Assembly: GCA_030390025.1 (NCBI GenBank)
Contig: CM059445.1
Span: 38,626,001-38,690,000 of the forward strand
Source: Squalus acanthias
Taxonomy: Eukaryota
Direction: 5' to 3'
DNA: 64,000 bases
The notes beneath the pieces are model-generated. The model had not been told where the DNA came from and made no database searches. It worked only from the letters and a program-made list of their open reading frames with translations. Every line of letters begins with the position of its first letter. Position 1 is the first letter of the stretch. Below are positions 1 through 13,177 of this stretch, piece by piece. The position numbers and the translations under genes are program-made.

Positions 1-54
1 ACACCTTGTTCATTATGCATGCGTTTACAGACCCAAGCTCAGACTCTCGCTGAG

Positions 55-330
55 CATATCTGAGAGTCCTAAGGGAAGTCACGGAAGAAATACCAGAGGG
101 CCTGACTGTAATTTTTCCCACGGTTTTATGGAACGGAAATTGGGCTCGAAGACTGGAGGGTAGATAATGTGACACCCTTCCGAAAATGAGGAGGAGGCCA
201 GGAAATTGTAGTTCAGTCAGTTTTACTTCAGTTATTGGTAAACCACCAGGAACTGTACAATAGCATGACGTTACTAAACACATGGAGAAATGTGAGTTAA
301 ACAGGGTAAGTATGGGTAAGTTACATTTAT
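55..330 (+). mobile_element. Degenerate CR1 LINE reverse-transcriptase fragment
   Basis: Frameshifted translation resembles the CR1 ORF2 motif RVLKEVAEEI..LTVIF...EDWRVANVTPLFKKG..PGNYRPVSLTSVVGK. Confidence 0.7.
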
Positions 331-697
331 CACAACATATGGAATCATGTGCACAGCTGCACAGCAAAGCTCACAAGTTAAAATCCACAGTGACTAAAAA
401 TTCTTTCTGCTTCTTAACGGTTTCCACACTTAACCTTGAATTGTTTTGAATATTTTTTGCCTGTGTACTTCAGCTTTGAAAAGAGCAATGAACCTCTCTA
501 CAAGATATTTTATCCAGCAATTGAATCCCCATTGCTAGCTTTCTTTTTTACCTTTATCTAATAAACAGGTCAGTTGCATCTTAAAACCCAATGTGCAGGA
601 ATTCTGGTATGTAACACTCTGATGTAATATACATAGTTTTCAACTTTCTGATCTGAAGATAGAATGAATTCTTAGGATTGTCCTCGTTTCTACACGT

Positions 698-2240
698 CAG
701 AATCACAGAGACTTACAGCACAGAAGGAGGCCATTCGGCCCGTCGTGCCTGTGCTAGTTCTTTGAAAGAGCAGTCATGCCTAGTCCCACACCCGCACTTT
801 TTGTCCGTAACCCTATAAGTTCCTCCTCCTCAAGTACCCGTCCAACTCCCTTTGAAAATTATTTATGGAATCAGCTTCCATCACCTTTTCAGGTCGAGCG
901 TTCCAGATCCCCACAACCCTGAGTGAAAACATTTCCCCTCATCTCCCTTATAGCTCTTTTGCCAATGATTTTAAAGCTATAGGGGAAAAAATTCGGTTCT
1001 TTTGTGCCTCCCGTTAGCGCCCTAAGAGGGCGCTAATGGGGCGCAAAGCAACTAGCGCCCGGGCGCAGCGATGTTTGCACCGCTCGTGAAATTCACCAGA
1101 CATTTTGCAGCGGCGCAAAACACTATCACCACGATCTCCTGCGCCTGCAGATCATGACGTCAGTCGAGCGTGCACCGCCCCAGTAGCGCCCCGGACCGAA
1201 TATTGAGTGTCGCCCCCTACCTTTCCGCCTGCTGCTAGCAACGACAGGTTGAGGGGAGCGTTTTGCAGTCGGGAAAGGACTGGGGGGAGCGCTATTTAAA
1301 GGCGAACGCTTCCTGCCTTTTTTTGTCGCCGACATTTTTGCACCACGCATACTGAGAGAGAGACTTCTGGAGAGATTCAACGCTGTGTGAAGGAGTTTTG
1401 GGTACTGAGCAGCACTTTGCAGGTTCAAAATGATTTGACCTTCCTTGCATCGATTTAGAAGAGACTGTGGGGGCTGCACTCTAAGCTCTTTCCCTGGGCC
1501 TCTCCATTGTTTTTTCCAGCAGATTTGATGTACAGGTCTCTCCAGACTGAGATTCAAGGCTACAATAAGCAGGGTGTGGATGGAGAGCAAGATCGACCCT
1601 CCCCTTTAAGAACTGGCCGGCGCCAGTGTGTCTGTGTTCCATTGCTGACTGACATCACATGAGCTTCGCCAGCACTCTGAGGTCGCGCCTCGCTCCTCGG
1701 CGTTAGCGCCTTAAGAGAGGTGTGTAGCGCCTGATTTAGTGCTCCAATCACCTCCAGGGGCGATAAAAGCCAAGTTTGCAGTCGGGGGCGATAATTAGCG
1801 CCAGGCACTAAACTTTGCGCCTAGCCGATAATTGCGCCCCAAACGGGGCGATACCGAATTTCTCCCCCATAACCTCTGGTTGTTGACCCACTCGCCAGAG
1901 GGAATGTTTTTTTCTATCTACTCTGTCAAAACCTCTCATCATCTTGAAATCCTCTATTAGGTCACCTTTTAACCGTCTCTGCTCCAAGGAGAACAGTCCT
2001 AACTTTTCCAACCTCTCCTCATAACTGAAGTCCCTCATCCCTGGTAACATCCTGGTAAACCTCCTTTGTACCCTTTCGAAAGCCTTTACATCTTTCCTGA
2101 AGTGTGGTGCCCAGAATTGTCCACAATACTCCAGCTGAGGTCGAACCAGTGATTTATAAAGTTCTAGCACGATCTCTTTGCTTTTATATTCTGTGCCTCT
2201 ATTTATAAACCCAAGTAACCCGTATGTTTTTTTTTAAACC
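698..2240 (-). mobile_element. 5'-truncated CR1 LINE 3' end, split by the MITE at 982-1868
   Basis: ORF 1808-2170 reads LYKSLVRPQLEYC.QFWAPHFRKDV...ERVQRRFTRM, the CR1 ORF2 C-terminus. The CR1-type 3' UTR lies at 698-980, and the sequence rejoins across the MITE (aagct-ata-acctctgg). Confidence 0.93.
982..1868 (+). mobile_element. Non-autonomous PIF/Harbinger element, family A (887 bp)
   Basis: TIRs GGGGAAAAAATTCGGT and GGGGGAGAAATTCGGT (reverse complement). ATA TSD at 979-981 and 1869-1871. Many subterminal TAGCGCC/TATCGCC motifs. A second copy lies at 45006-45892. Confidence 0.92.
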
Positions 2241-3039
2241 ACTTTATAGGAGAAGGTTTTTAAATAGTTTCCTTGCAGGATATAATTTGTCAAAGGGGAA
2301 TATTATGGAATTGGGTTACTATATTCTAACAAGAGTTGCCAGCTAAACATCTTTTACAATTGATCTATTTAGTCTGTTATGACTCACAAAGTGGCTAGAG
2401 CTGCACAGTCAGTGGGAAATACTTATTTTGTCAACCAATTCAGTGTGTTGGCAAGAAATGATGGTGTTATTCCTGGTACTGGCCAACTGCCAGGCACAAT
2501 TGCCTGGCACAGTGCTGCAGATTCAGTTTGTTCTTTTTTATCCCTGCGTGACTTACTCTCATGAAGCTGGATTGGCACTGAGTGAGAGTGAATAACTGGT
2601 TCAAAGTTTTCTCGTTAATCTGCAACATTGTCCTCTGATGATTCACATAAATAATCAAGTTGCTGTCACTCGAAAAAAGCTACAGGGAAAACAAGTCAAT
2701 GGCATCCATTGTTGTGACTGGCAGAGTGAGGTTTTCATGAACCCTTCCCCCAATAACTGATAATATGATACTTTATGCACTTGTATATCGGTGTGAGGGT
2801 TGAGTCTTCTGTAAAATGGAATTCTCTGGTTTTCTCAAAACATGTCTGGATCAAATGCCACACAGTAACGAAATGCAATAATCTTTACACTTGCCATGAC
2901 GATGCACTTCAAATTGGTGCAGCCCAGTCGATCAAAGAGCTGAACGTTTGAGTCCAAATCATTCATAAGTTCAAGTCGAATGGGTGACTAATCATTTAAA
3001 CTTTACCCAGTTGGGTTATCTTTAGTCACTCTGTCAAGC

Positions 3040-3650
3040 TGCGTTTATTTAATGTTCCTCTTGTGAAGGAAATGTCTCTCAGTATTTTATAAGGGCAGAG
3101 GTGGACACCAAGCAGAAAAGGAAGACATTGGGGAGGAGGTGGAGAGAAACTGAAGACACATTGAAGAGATGAGTTTTCGGAGGTTTTTGAAAACAGGCAA
3201 AGAGATGGCGAGGCAGGTTTGGGTGAGAATTCCAGAGAGAGAGCCATAGTGACTGAAGGATTGGTCTCCGAGATTTGGAATGGAATGAGCAGGGAACTAC
3301 TGGTAAACTGGAATGGACAGTTTGGAATGAGATGTATGATGTCAGAAGATTGCTCGATAGGATGGAGTGAAGTTTAGGATGAAGATTTTAAAATTGATAC
3401 CTCAGAGCACAGAGAATCTGTGTAAATGGAGTAAGGACAGAAGTGAAAAGTGTGTGTGAATTTTTTGAAGGTGAGGACTTGAGCTGAAGAGCTTTGGATT
3501 AGCTGAACTCTGATGGTAGAGGCTGGAAAGCCAGTGAGCACAGGTGAGAAATGTATTTTTGGGATGGTAAAGGCAATGGTTAGGATTTCAGTAGCAATGG
3601 GGAAAGCTGAGGTCATAGATGGAATACTGCAACGTCAGCCATGGATCAGA
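3040..3650 (-). mobile_element. Old L2-like LINE 3' fragment
   Basis: Purine-rich stretch resembling the reverse complement of the L2 ends at 4110-4590 and 59650-60080 (e.g. gaggcaggtttgggtgagaattccagag, gatgaagattttaaaattga). Confidence 0.55.
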
Positions 3651-3789
3651 TATGAGCCAAATAGCCCAGCTTATGATCAAACAATACCAAAATGGTACAT
3701 GGTCTGATTCATCCCAAGAGGGCAAGCAGAGAGATTAGTGTAGTCATAGGTGGAGGCATTTTTTCTTACAAATTTCTTCAATATTCGAG

Positions 3790-4085
3790 GTCTGTTCCTG
3801 TAGTAACTAAATTTTTTGATGACGCAAAACTATCCAGTCAGAGAAAGATCAGTGCAAGAGGGACTGGTGGCAATAAAAGGGATTCTCAATCAATATTGAT
3901 AAATGTTACACACTTTGGAACAGGACACATGAAGGTTGTACATGATCAAGCATGTTAATTAACAAAGGCGTAAAAGAAAAAGGATTTGGATTTGCTAACT
4001 GACCCGTCAGTGTGAATTAGTTGTCATCAAGGGCAGGCCACTCTAGGATGCCTCACAAAGCATTCAATTATTTGTTGAAGCAGGT
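3790..4085 (+). mobile_element. Old CR1 RT fragment
   Basis: ORF 3692-3958 contains TKFFDDAKL (a degenerate KFADDTKL) followed by VTHFG. Confidence 0.55.
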
Positions 4086-4109
4086 TATTTTAAGTATGCT
4101 GAGATCATA

Positions 4110-4590
4110 TTACGTGTGATGAAATTATTTGACTCGCACCACCCCTGTGCTCGCTGACCTGCATTGGCTCCTGGTCCAGCAAACTCTCAAATTTAAAATT
4201 CTCATTCTTGTGTTCAAATCCCTCCATTGCCTCACCCCTCCCTATCTCTGTAACCTCCTCCAGCCCTACAACCCTCCGAGATCCCTGTGCTCCTCCAATT
4301 CTGGCCTCTTGTGCATTGCCTATTTCCTTCATCCCACCATGGGCGGCTGCGCCTTCAGCTATCTAGGCCCTAGGATCTGGGATTCCTTCCCTAAACCTCT
4401 CCACCTCTCTACCTCTCCTCCTTTAAGACGCTCCTTAAAATCCATCTCTTTGACCGAGCTTTTTGGTCACCTGTCCTAATATTTCCTTATGTGGCTCAGT
4501 GTCAGATTTTTTCTCATAATGCTCCTGTGAAGTGCCTTGGGAGGTATTGCTATGTTGAAGGTGCTATGTAAATGCAAGTTGTTGTTGTAG
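4110..4590 (+). mobile_element. L2 LINE 3' end
   Basis: ORF 4129-4479 reads TPVLADLHWLLV...FKILILVFKSLH.L.PPYL..LLQPYNPPRSL.SS. Tail gtgctatgtaaatgcaagttgttgttg. Confidence 0.9.
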
Positions 4591-5316
4591 TTTTGGAGGG
4601 CTTGACTCTCAAAAAGTCATGGATGCATTTGGGAGGTTTCAAAAATGAGTGATAAATTTTTCCAGCACTCTTAATGCACATAAAATATCTCAAAGAGAAA
4701 AAATGAATGCCAAATAGGAGGAAGAAAGAAAGGAGTATAAACATGATTGCAGGATTTAAAACTCCTATTTTACAGATTCAACACATCTTCTACAGTCTGT
4801 CTTTGTTAGCCCCTCTAAGGGTGCTGGGTACTGCATGAAGATTCTATTAGTAACATGAAAGAATCGTGTAATTGTATTTTTAGATATTTAAGGTTTAAAG
4901 CAGATTGATTTTCAAGAGATGTAATAAAACTTATAAATAGCATTGAAGAAAATTCTGTGCTGAAGGAAGATAATGATGGAGAAGACAAGTCCTCTTTAGT
5001 GTTACTGAAACATCATTATTAATTTCTCATTAATCTGTCTGGAAAGGGGGATCCTTGAAACTTGCAAGAGGAAATGGTTTCTTAATGTGCTGCATGGAAT
5101 GAAGAATCTTTGTTTATCGCACCGAAATGGATACAGGTTAGATTATGTGCAGAGAATGGCTTTGCAGTTCGGTCCACATTCCAGTCGGCTTCAGACGATC
5201 TGGTGCAGAGAGAGGGCAGGGGGAGGCTTGTGTATTAGAGATATACTGACAATGAAAAGGTGTATCTTGAAACCTGTGGAATCTGATGTCTTCACCCAAA
5301 GATGGACAGTAATACT

Positions 5317-6052
5317 GGCCCGTATTTTCCGATCCCTACGGGTGTGTGCGCGCTGTGTACACACCCGTAGGGACCTCGCAAGTGCCGGTTTCAGGCATGC
5401 AAAGCGCATGTGCTGAAAATCGGCACTTCCGATCTGTCAAGAATCCTCTTGACAGATCCTCCGCCTGCCCTGGAGAAGGGACTCTGCGGGGGGAGAGTTC
5501 CGCTTTCTGCAGAACCTCCGCCCGCTGAAATCCCTTAAAAATCTTACGCCTGGTAAAAGCAGGCGTAAGGCCTGCTTTTACCAGCATAAGAGTTTAAAAA
5601 AGTAAAAAAATATTTTTTTCACTCATTTATATTTTAAAAATACTTTAAAAAAAGTTAAGTTTATTTTTTTCAAAAAATAAAATTTTTGTTTAAAAATATT
5701 TAATTTAATGTAATTTTAACTAATTTTAAAAACATGCTACATTTTTTTTTTGATGTTTTGATGTGTTTTTTGAGTGATCCCCATTCATACTTTTGACGGG
5801 TCTAAGTTGAGAGACCTGTCAAAAGTATGAAGGAGGATTCCCTTCTTTCATTGGTTCCCCATGGCCCACGTGATCCCAGAGATGCTTGCGAACCGCATGC
5901 ATCCCTGGGATACCTGGGCCCTGCGCTTTTCTTAGAGCAGAGGCCCAGTAGCGGAAATGTCTGGATCACTGGAGCCCTCAGGTAAGGGCGTAGATTTTTT
6001 CCAGCTTGGAGGCCTCCGCACGCAGGAAGCCTCCGATCGGAAAATACGGGCC
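5317..6052 (+). mobile_element. Harbinger-type MITE, family B copy 1
   Basis: Perfect 18-bp TIR GGCCCGTATTTTCCGATC with flanks ACT/AAT. Homologous to 15803-16548 and 37739-38492. Confidence 0.9.
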
Positions 6053-8999
6053 AATTGTGTTCTGATTGTTGTAAAGTGGATGTTCTCTTTTGTTTGTGGT
6101 TAAATGATCAGTAAAGTGGCATCAAACTGACTGAAATCCATGTTCTATCTGTTCTGTATTGATTTGATGAGGGAATGATTAAATATGCTAGTTCTCGTAT
6201 GTGAATAGTTCTTTTAGTTTGACATTTGACCTTCAAAGGCTATTAATCTGGCGTTGATATGTGTTAATGCATGTTTCACATGGACTCCTGAAAGGGCAAT
6301 ATTCCTTAATTGCTGTTCTTTGCAGTAGAAACACGAGGGATTTGTCAGTTAAGAACATATAATTGAATTTATTTTTAATTATTGATTTCCAGCAGTGTGG
6401 TACACCTGTGAAGCTGCTGGGGTTGTCACTCTCTCAGTGTGGGTGGGCTGAGCAGATTGTTGTCTGCAGCTGCAAGTCCTGACCTACCTGCAGCCAGACT
6501 CCGTCCTGTGGAGTGGCTGTGGTACGAGGTCAGAAACAAGAGGCTTGCCAAAAAGTTGAGCATTCCAGTTGATCTGGGTAAAACTGCACAGCGATAATGG
6601 TCAGACAAATGCCACTTTATCAATATGTGAACTTCACTCTGCCAAGGTGAATAAACCCTTCTTCAAAATTCTTCTTCAAATACACTCCATAGCAGTCTCT
6701 TTCAGGTTCCAGATGACAGTATAGCATTGCATTTAGGGAATTCTTTTGAAAACTTAGCTTGTGATCAAAACTCACCTCCAATGTTACAGCAAATCTCCAA
6801 TCTACAACATTTTCAAATGAACTGATCGCTAGATGAAGATGAAGATGGGTCCTTGCAGATTAATGCAGATGTACATTATATCTTAAGAATGACCATCTCA
6901 AGCAAGAGGAATAGCTTCATTAATTGTTCCAATCTCTTGTGGAAAAGAATGATTAGTGAATTTGAAGAAGCAGAAGCTGACTATATTATCACTGATGAGG
7001 TTATTCCTATCATTGCAGTAATGGATTGGGAAGACAGATTGCATCTCAAACCGTCATTAACTCCTGTTTCACATTTGCCTGTTAAATGCCATTGAAATGA
7101 TTGTCATCAATTTTGAAGGTATCATTTGGGAGATTGATTGACAAAGATGCTCTTCAAGCTTATCTTTTTAACTTTACCAATTTTTTGAAGATGTGCTCCT
7201 CTAAAAAAAATTCAAGGTTAAAGTATTGTACAGGGCATTCTTTACTCATCGCCACAACAGTGGCAGGAGTGTTTAAATTTCGGAAATGTCCGCAGTGAAA
7301 TAGTGTTTGGGCGACATTTGGTTTTGGTACTCAAATTATTTTTGAAATAAATTGCAGCAGTTTAAACCATATGTGACTTCCACATTTTTAGTTTAGATCC
7401 TGTGGCTTCGGAGTCTCAACTGTCAGGGCAGGAAATGCTTTTGAGTCTAAAATATATGCAATCTTCACCTCTCCTGCCAATAGTTCCTTGCACTTGTTCT
7501 GCACTCCCATTTACTCCATCCTCCATCCCATGTTTGCTGCTTTGCTTTGCTCAGATTTTGATGTATTTTTTCTTATGAGATTAACTAATGGATATATTCT
7601 GTAATTGGGCCGATAGATTGGCTGGGAGAAGTGGGTGAGACAGGTGTTTTGTTCATTCTTGCGTTCCTTTTCACTTTTATTTTTCTCCTTCTTCAAACCA
7701 CTCTCCATTCCATGGATCTCCCTGATTTGATCTGACAGTCAAAGCAAGTCCTGAACCTTCTGCTGTGAGTCAATGGGCCTCAACAGTGTTGTACAAAACC
7801 ACTATCCTCCTAACCTTTGTCCAAAAATGTTTTTTGGAACCAGCGCTTTAAAAAAAAAAGACAAACCAACATTTTCTCATTTGAAAAACAAATACTAAGC
7901 TCCACATGTGGTAGAAATGAAATACAAATTGGATTAGTGGTGAATTAGAGGAAATAAACAGTTTGCACTGTGGCCATTCTTGTCCTGCAGATTATGTTTG
8001 CTGCAAGATGTTTCTTCCACAACGCACCACTTTCTATATTACTCTCATATGGAGAGGTAGCAGTGGAGATAAAACCACATCTCTACAGGTGCACTGCAAT
8101 AATCCCATCAATATCTCTGCTGCTACTTTGTTTTTCTTGCTTGCAGCCTGTGATCTTTGCGCCTTGAAACCCAAATATGGCCTCGGATTTGTAAGAAGCA
8201 TTGTTATTGTACCAAATAAAGCTGAAACAACAACTTGGGCGATATTGCAGCACAAAAAGCTCATTCTAGAGATTGTTTGCATTCTCTTATTACAAAGGGA
8301 CTCTGCTGATAAAGGTCTTTGCTGCAAATGTCAGCAACTGGGAGAGTCAGAAATAGGTTTGTCCAGCGCAAGTATTTTAATTGTGAATTTTTTCCCTTTT
8401 CTGTTAAACATTTAACACCATAACCGCATTTTAAAATGGATGGTAAGCTGTTCCAATTTGTTATTTCTACAATGCACCTTGGTCTCCTTGTCAGGATGAT
8501 GGAATGTCTTTCGCCTTCCCATCCATTTCAAGTATCACTCCCACATTTGTGCACTTAAAAATCAACTGTACTGGCTGGGTTGTTTTCTCTTTAAGGAAGG
8601 AATAATGATCTTTTTGCAATGCTGTCGAAGGACCCACTGGAAGTAACTGCAATAAAGATAGTTGTCACAGTAATGTGAGTCTGGTGTTTGCTGGAAGGAC
8701 AGACAGAGGTGGGCCTGAAATTATGCTGTGGGATACAAGAAAGATGCATTTGCCTTAATTACACTTCTGCTATTTTATTGAAGTGTTAACCTGTTTACCT
8801 TAAATGGGGCATTGCCACCTCTAAAATGGCAGAAAGGAATTTCAGATCAATGCATTAACGCTCATACTAATGTCCCACAGCATAATTTTAGAGCGTTAAA
8901 TAATTTGCAGGGGGCTGTCAATAGGACTTCAGCCATAATGTGTGTTCCAACGACCCAGGCTCACCAGCTGATGCTTGCCTCTGCATTTGAATTTCTCTT

Positions 9000-9370
9000 C
9001 CATTTTCCTCCTCTTCTGAAGGTGCTGGGGTACAGGAGGTAGCAACCATCTCTGCAGCTTGCCCACTTTGTCAGTCTTCATGTGTGACTCTAGACAGTGC
9101 ATGTTGGTGGTTTAGTTAATTAAGGGGCGAAATCACAACCAAAGTCAATCCTACCTTCACCCAACCTACTTATATATTTACTTTCAGCAGGGGTCAATGG
9201 ACAGCAGCCAGGCGGAGGCACCATGGCCAATTCTTTTGTCTAGCCTGGGGACACTGATGCTATTTACAGCATTCCACTGCTACCTCAACACAAACCAAGG
9301 ATTGAGCCCAAGGCCTTCCTCATGTGTGTGGTTCTGTGACACACCAAATAGTTTCTTTACCAGTAACTCA
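9000..9370 (-). mobile_element. Old SINE-like repeat; related pieces at about 13900-14090, 17830-18280, 23540-23840 and 49030-49390
   Basis: Shared blocks recur among these loci, e.g. cagcaggggtca here versus tgacctctgctg at 18073. Confidence 0.55.
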
Positions 9371-9954
9371 TCAGGGAAACTTTTGTATGTGAATTGCTAC
9401 ATACAACGGACAGCGTTGTTGGTGCAGCAAGGGCTAGGAAATCGTTCCACATGCAGAAGTTTCTCTGCTGGTTTTCAATGAAGACTTTATGAATTGATAG
9501 ACAATGTGCAGTGGCAGTAGGTCATGCGTTCCTGACATAAAAATGAAATGTTGGCTTCAGCACTTGAAATACATATATTGCAGCAAACTGACTCCCATGA
9601 ATGTGATTACACATGGCTACCCTGTGACTTGATGATAGATCTATCCCATGATTTATTATCTGTCTACCCCATGATTTATGAACAATGTAGTTAATTTTCA
9701 GAGAAGTTATAATCTCAGAGCTTAAAGGCAAGGAAGAATATGTAATGAACAGCATGTGCATTATATTTGACCTGCTCGTTTGTCCTTTAGTCACTTCAGC
9801 CTCAAAGTATTAAGTTCAATATAATAGTGCTATTCCTAAACAATTCCATGGTGTATGTACATCAGGGCTGTATATCATCATAAGCTGCTAGACTATGTCC
9901 CTGCCTCTTCCTGCCCCACCCCCACCTCCCAAAAACAGATGAAGAACAACCTAG

Positions 9955-10365
9955 ACCTTGCCTCTGAGTCAGAAGGTTGTGGTTTAAAGCCCCATTTCAG
10001 GGATTTGAGCACATAATTCAGGCTGATACTTCAATGTAGTATTGCATTGCCAGAGGTGCTGTTTTTGGATGAGACATTAAACCAATTGAACATTGAACCT
10101 GCCTGTTCAGGTAGATGTAAAATATTCCTTGGCACAATTCAAAGAACAGCAAGGGAGTTCTTCCATTGTCTTGGCCAATGTTTATCCCTCAGTCGACACT
10201 TCCCAAAACAGATTGAGTGCTCATTTATCACATTGCTTATGGTGGTACCTTACTGTCTACTAATCAATGGAGGCTAAATTTCAGAAGTGCTTCATCAGCT
10301 GTGAAGCACTTTGCGATGTCCTAAGGATGTTAAAGGTGCTATATAAACACAAGTTCTTCTTTGTT
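9955..10365 (+). mobile_element. tRNA-derived SINE with Deu-like core and L2-type tail (SacSINE1-like)
   Basis: Head gcctctgagtcagaaggttgtgg, core ggatgagacattaaacc...gatgtaaaa, tail gtgctatataaacacaag. Confidence 0.75.
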
Positions 10366-13177
10366 TCTTTCAATCCTGTTGGGGAAAGAGTGTGACGGAA
10401 TTCTGTGAAGGATGCATTTGTAAATAACCTGGTGCCCACTTATTTAATCCGACTTTCATTGTGGCTTTTTATTTTGTACAAATTCCAAATCATCTCTATC
10501 TGATAGTGTCACTTTCTATTGTCAAGTACTGTTTATCATCACTTATAAAATAAAACACAAAATCTTTTCTGCACATATGTATCTACATCATTCTGTGCCA
10601 AAGCAGCGAGTGTTCCAAATGGGCTCTGTCATCAAAATCTTGGCAAGCTTGTAGCAGCTGTCAGAACAAAATGTGACGGGCTTATTTTACAAAGTCAATG
10701 CGCACAGCTTTTGATGCTTGCAGTCAAATGAACACAACTAAACTAATCATGGCTGGTCCCTGAATCTTATCAAGCCATCAGTGAAAACAGGATTTTCAGT
10801 TCCTGTCATAAATCATTCCATCACTCCTGAAAAAAACAGGAATGATTCTTTCATTTGCAAAATTCATTGTATTTTACAGCCGATATATTGACAATGAGTG
10901 CAACATCCAAAATAGTCACAATTATATTTTTTTTCTTTGTCATGTGAGGGGATACTCATTTTACCTTTCTATGATTCTATGAAATAAAGGATAACAAAAT
11001 CATGGGTGAGAAATGGTTTTGTGGCCCATTATATTCCTGTAATACAGAGGTTTTTTTTTTAAAAGAAAGAAACATTTTTTTTTAAGCTGTTATGTTCCCA
11101 TAAGAGAGAGTGCTGAGTTGACCAATTACATAAACAGCAAATAACAACCTAATATTATTAGAACTGTTGTCAACATGGTATCGCTGATGTTAAATGGTGC
11201 AATCCCAACTAAATTGCTTCTGTATGGAAATCACATGGTTTAATTGCCTCAAATATGGTGTTATAGTGAAAGTACTGGCAGGCTTAAAGCTCTATTAGAC
11301 AGCTTTTGCAGGCAGGTTTGCTCAGGAATTGTTGGCTTGTACGGTGGATATTCCTCAACAATACCCCTGGAACAAAGATTTGAAGTGATTTATTGAAAGA
11401 TTAATCTGTCTGATTGGAGTATCGTGCTTCTGGTTTTATCATGTCATTCCCTACTGTTTAACACACTAATGCATCAGTTTAGTGGTCGTATAGTGCACAA
11501 GGGAGCTGAATAAAGGTGTTATAAAATCAGAGGTACAGATCTCCAGCGGGATGTATAAACGTGTATTTGCTCACAATCTACCTTTGCCAAATGCTAAATC
11601 CATAAATCTTATAGATTTTGTTTGCTTCAGATTGTAGAATAAAAAAAGGAACTATGAAGGGACAGGCAAGGTTTCACTGAAATATTGGGACTCGCTGCCA
11701 ATGCATTCTTCCTTGGCCTTTCCTAATTGCAGACTAATTGAAGCAGGATGATGAAACAAGTCCAGACAGATCTGATTAATAGCACTTATTTAACGAAGCT
11801 GATGACATTATTGCTTCAAATAACGCAAAGCAAAATTACATCAGCTAATTATCGACTGCAGAACTACTTTTAGCTGGCGTCTCGGCAGACGATGCAATTT
11901 ATTAAACAGAGAAATTGGTTTCAATTAAAGGGGCTTTGTCACCTTGCAAAAAATGGAAATCTAAGATGGCATTGTCACATCGTCATGGCTACGCGCCGTA
12001 CCAGGCTAAATTCAAATAACAAATTGGCTGTTAAAGGGGCTGTCCTGGGCAGATGTTTCTCTGAAAGCCAGAAAAAAAAGCCCTGTTCTGAAAACTCTGC
12101 TGGGATCTCACTATGCTGGCTGCCAGGCAAGTTTTGTGTTGCTCTATCTGTGGTATTTTTGTGAATGCAGTTACCACAACTTAGTTTGTGTTTGCTTGAA
12201 CTATGACCGTTTACAGTGGTAGACGTGAAATCAGCAATGGTTTCATCGCACACTGTGTATATGAAATACAGTAAAGTGTGCTTTGATCAATTTCCAAAGT
12301 TAATTGAGTGTAAAACACAAAGGGGTGAAGTTCATGCTGTTCGCTTCAAAATAGCAAACTGTGCTGCAAACTTTATGGTGGAAGCCGTCAAGTAATTAAG
12401 CTCAGTGGAGCCTCTTTGCTTGGATGTCATTGCCACTTTAAAGGCACCTTATTGGTCTAACATGGTGGTGTTGAGCATTCGCCCATTACTGCTGAGTGAC
12501 ACCGAGCACGTTCAAATCTCACTGCTTTTGGTTTCTAAGTGGCTGGGTGAGCGGGCACAGCAGAATCTTCCAGCATGAATGGGAACAAGTTGAAGGGGAG
12601 ACCCATGTGCAGATACTTTCTGGTGCCTCTTGGCATTTTACGTGTTCTAGGAGCAGGCTTCTCATCCACAGATGTATGAAAATATGAAAAAAGGATACCT
12701 AATAACGCAGTTTAGAAGAAAACAAAGCAATGCTTCTTAATATTGTTACTGTTGCATTTTGCACTGTTTTCTACTCTGATGCCCTCAAAAACTTTGCACT
12801 TTCACACTGAGTTGAGCACCCATGAAATGGAGGACATATTGCAGACCCAAAATGACAAAATTATAACTGTGTGACAAACATAGGTAAGAAATTGCCATTG
12901 CTTTGAATAATGAGATCCGCATCTAACAGAAAATATTTTTAGATTTTAATAAATCAGCTTTCTTTTTCTAGTTACTAATATTTGCATTTTGAGCTTCTTC
13001 TTGAGGTCTCCCCTCTCCATTTCACAAACATAAGGATGAGTAGACAACTTACTTATCTTGTCTACTTATGAGTAGAAAATCCCACCATTCTTTGCCATCC
13101 TATAAGCAGCCCTTCGGTACAAGGTAGTGGCTATGTATGGCTCCCTGTTGATCAGCACCTAGCTTGTGCTCGATATA

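Noticed and set aside
1126-1590. 154-aa ORF conserved with the 157-aa ORF at 45278-45751
   Set aside because: Both lie in recent copies of the same GC-rich element, start at non-ATG codons and show no recognisable domain.
6400-8420. Host coding exons (ORFs 6426-6623, 6853-7095, 7963-8415)
   Set aside because: No recognisable protein motif or consistent splice-bounded frame; possibly very old repeat debris.
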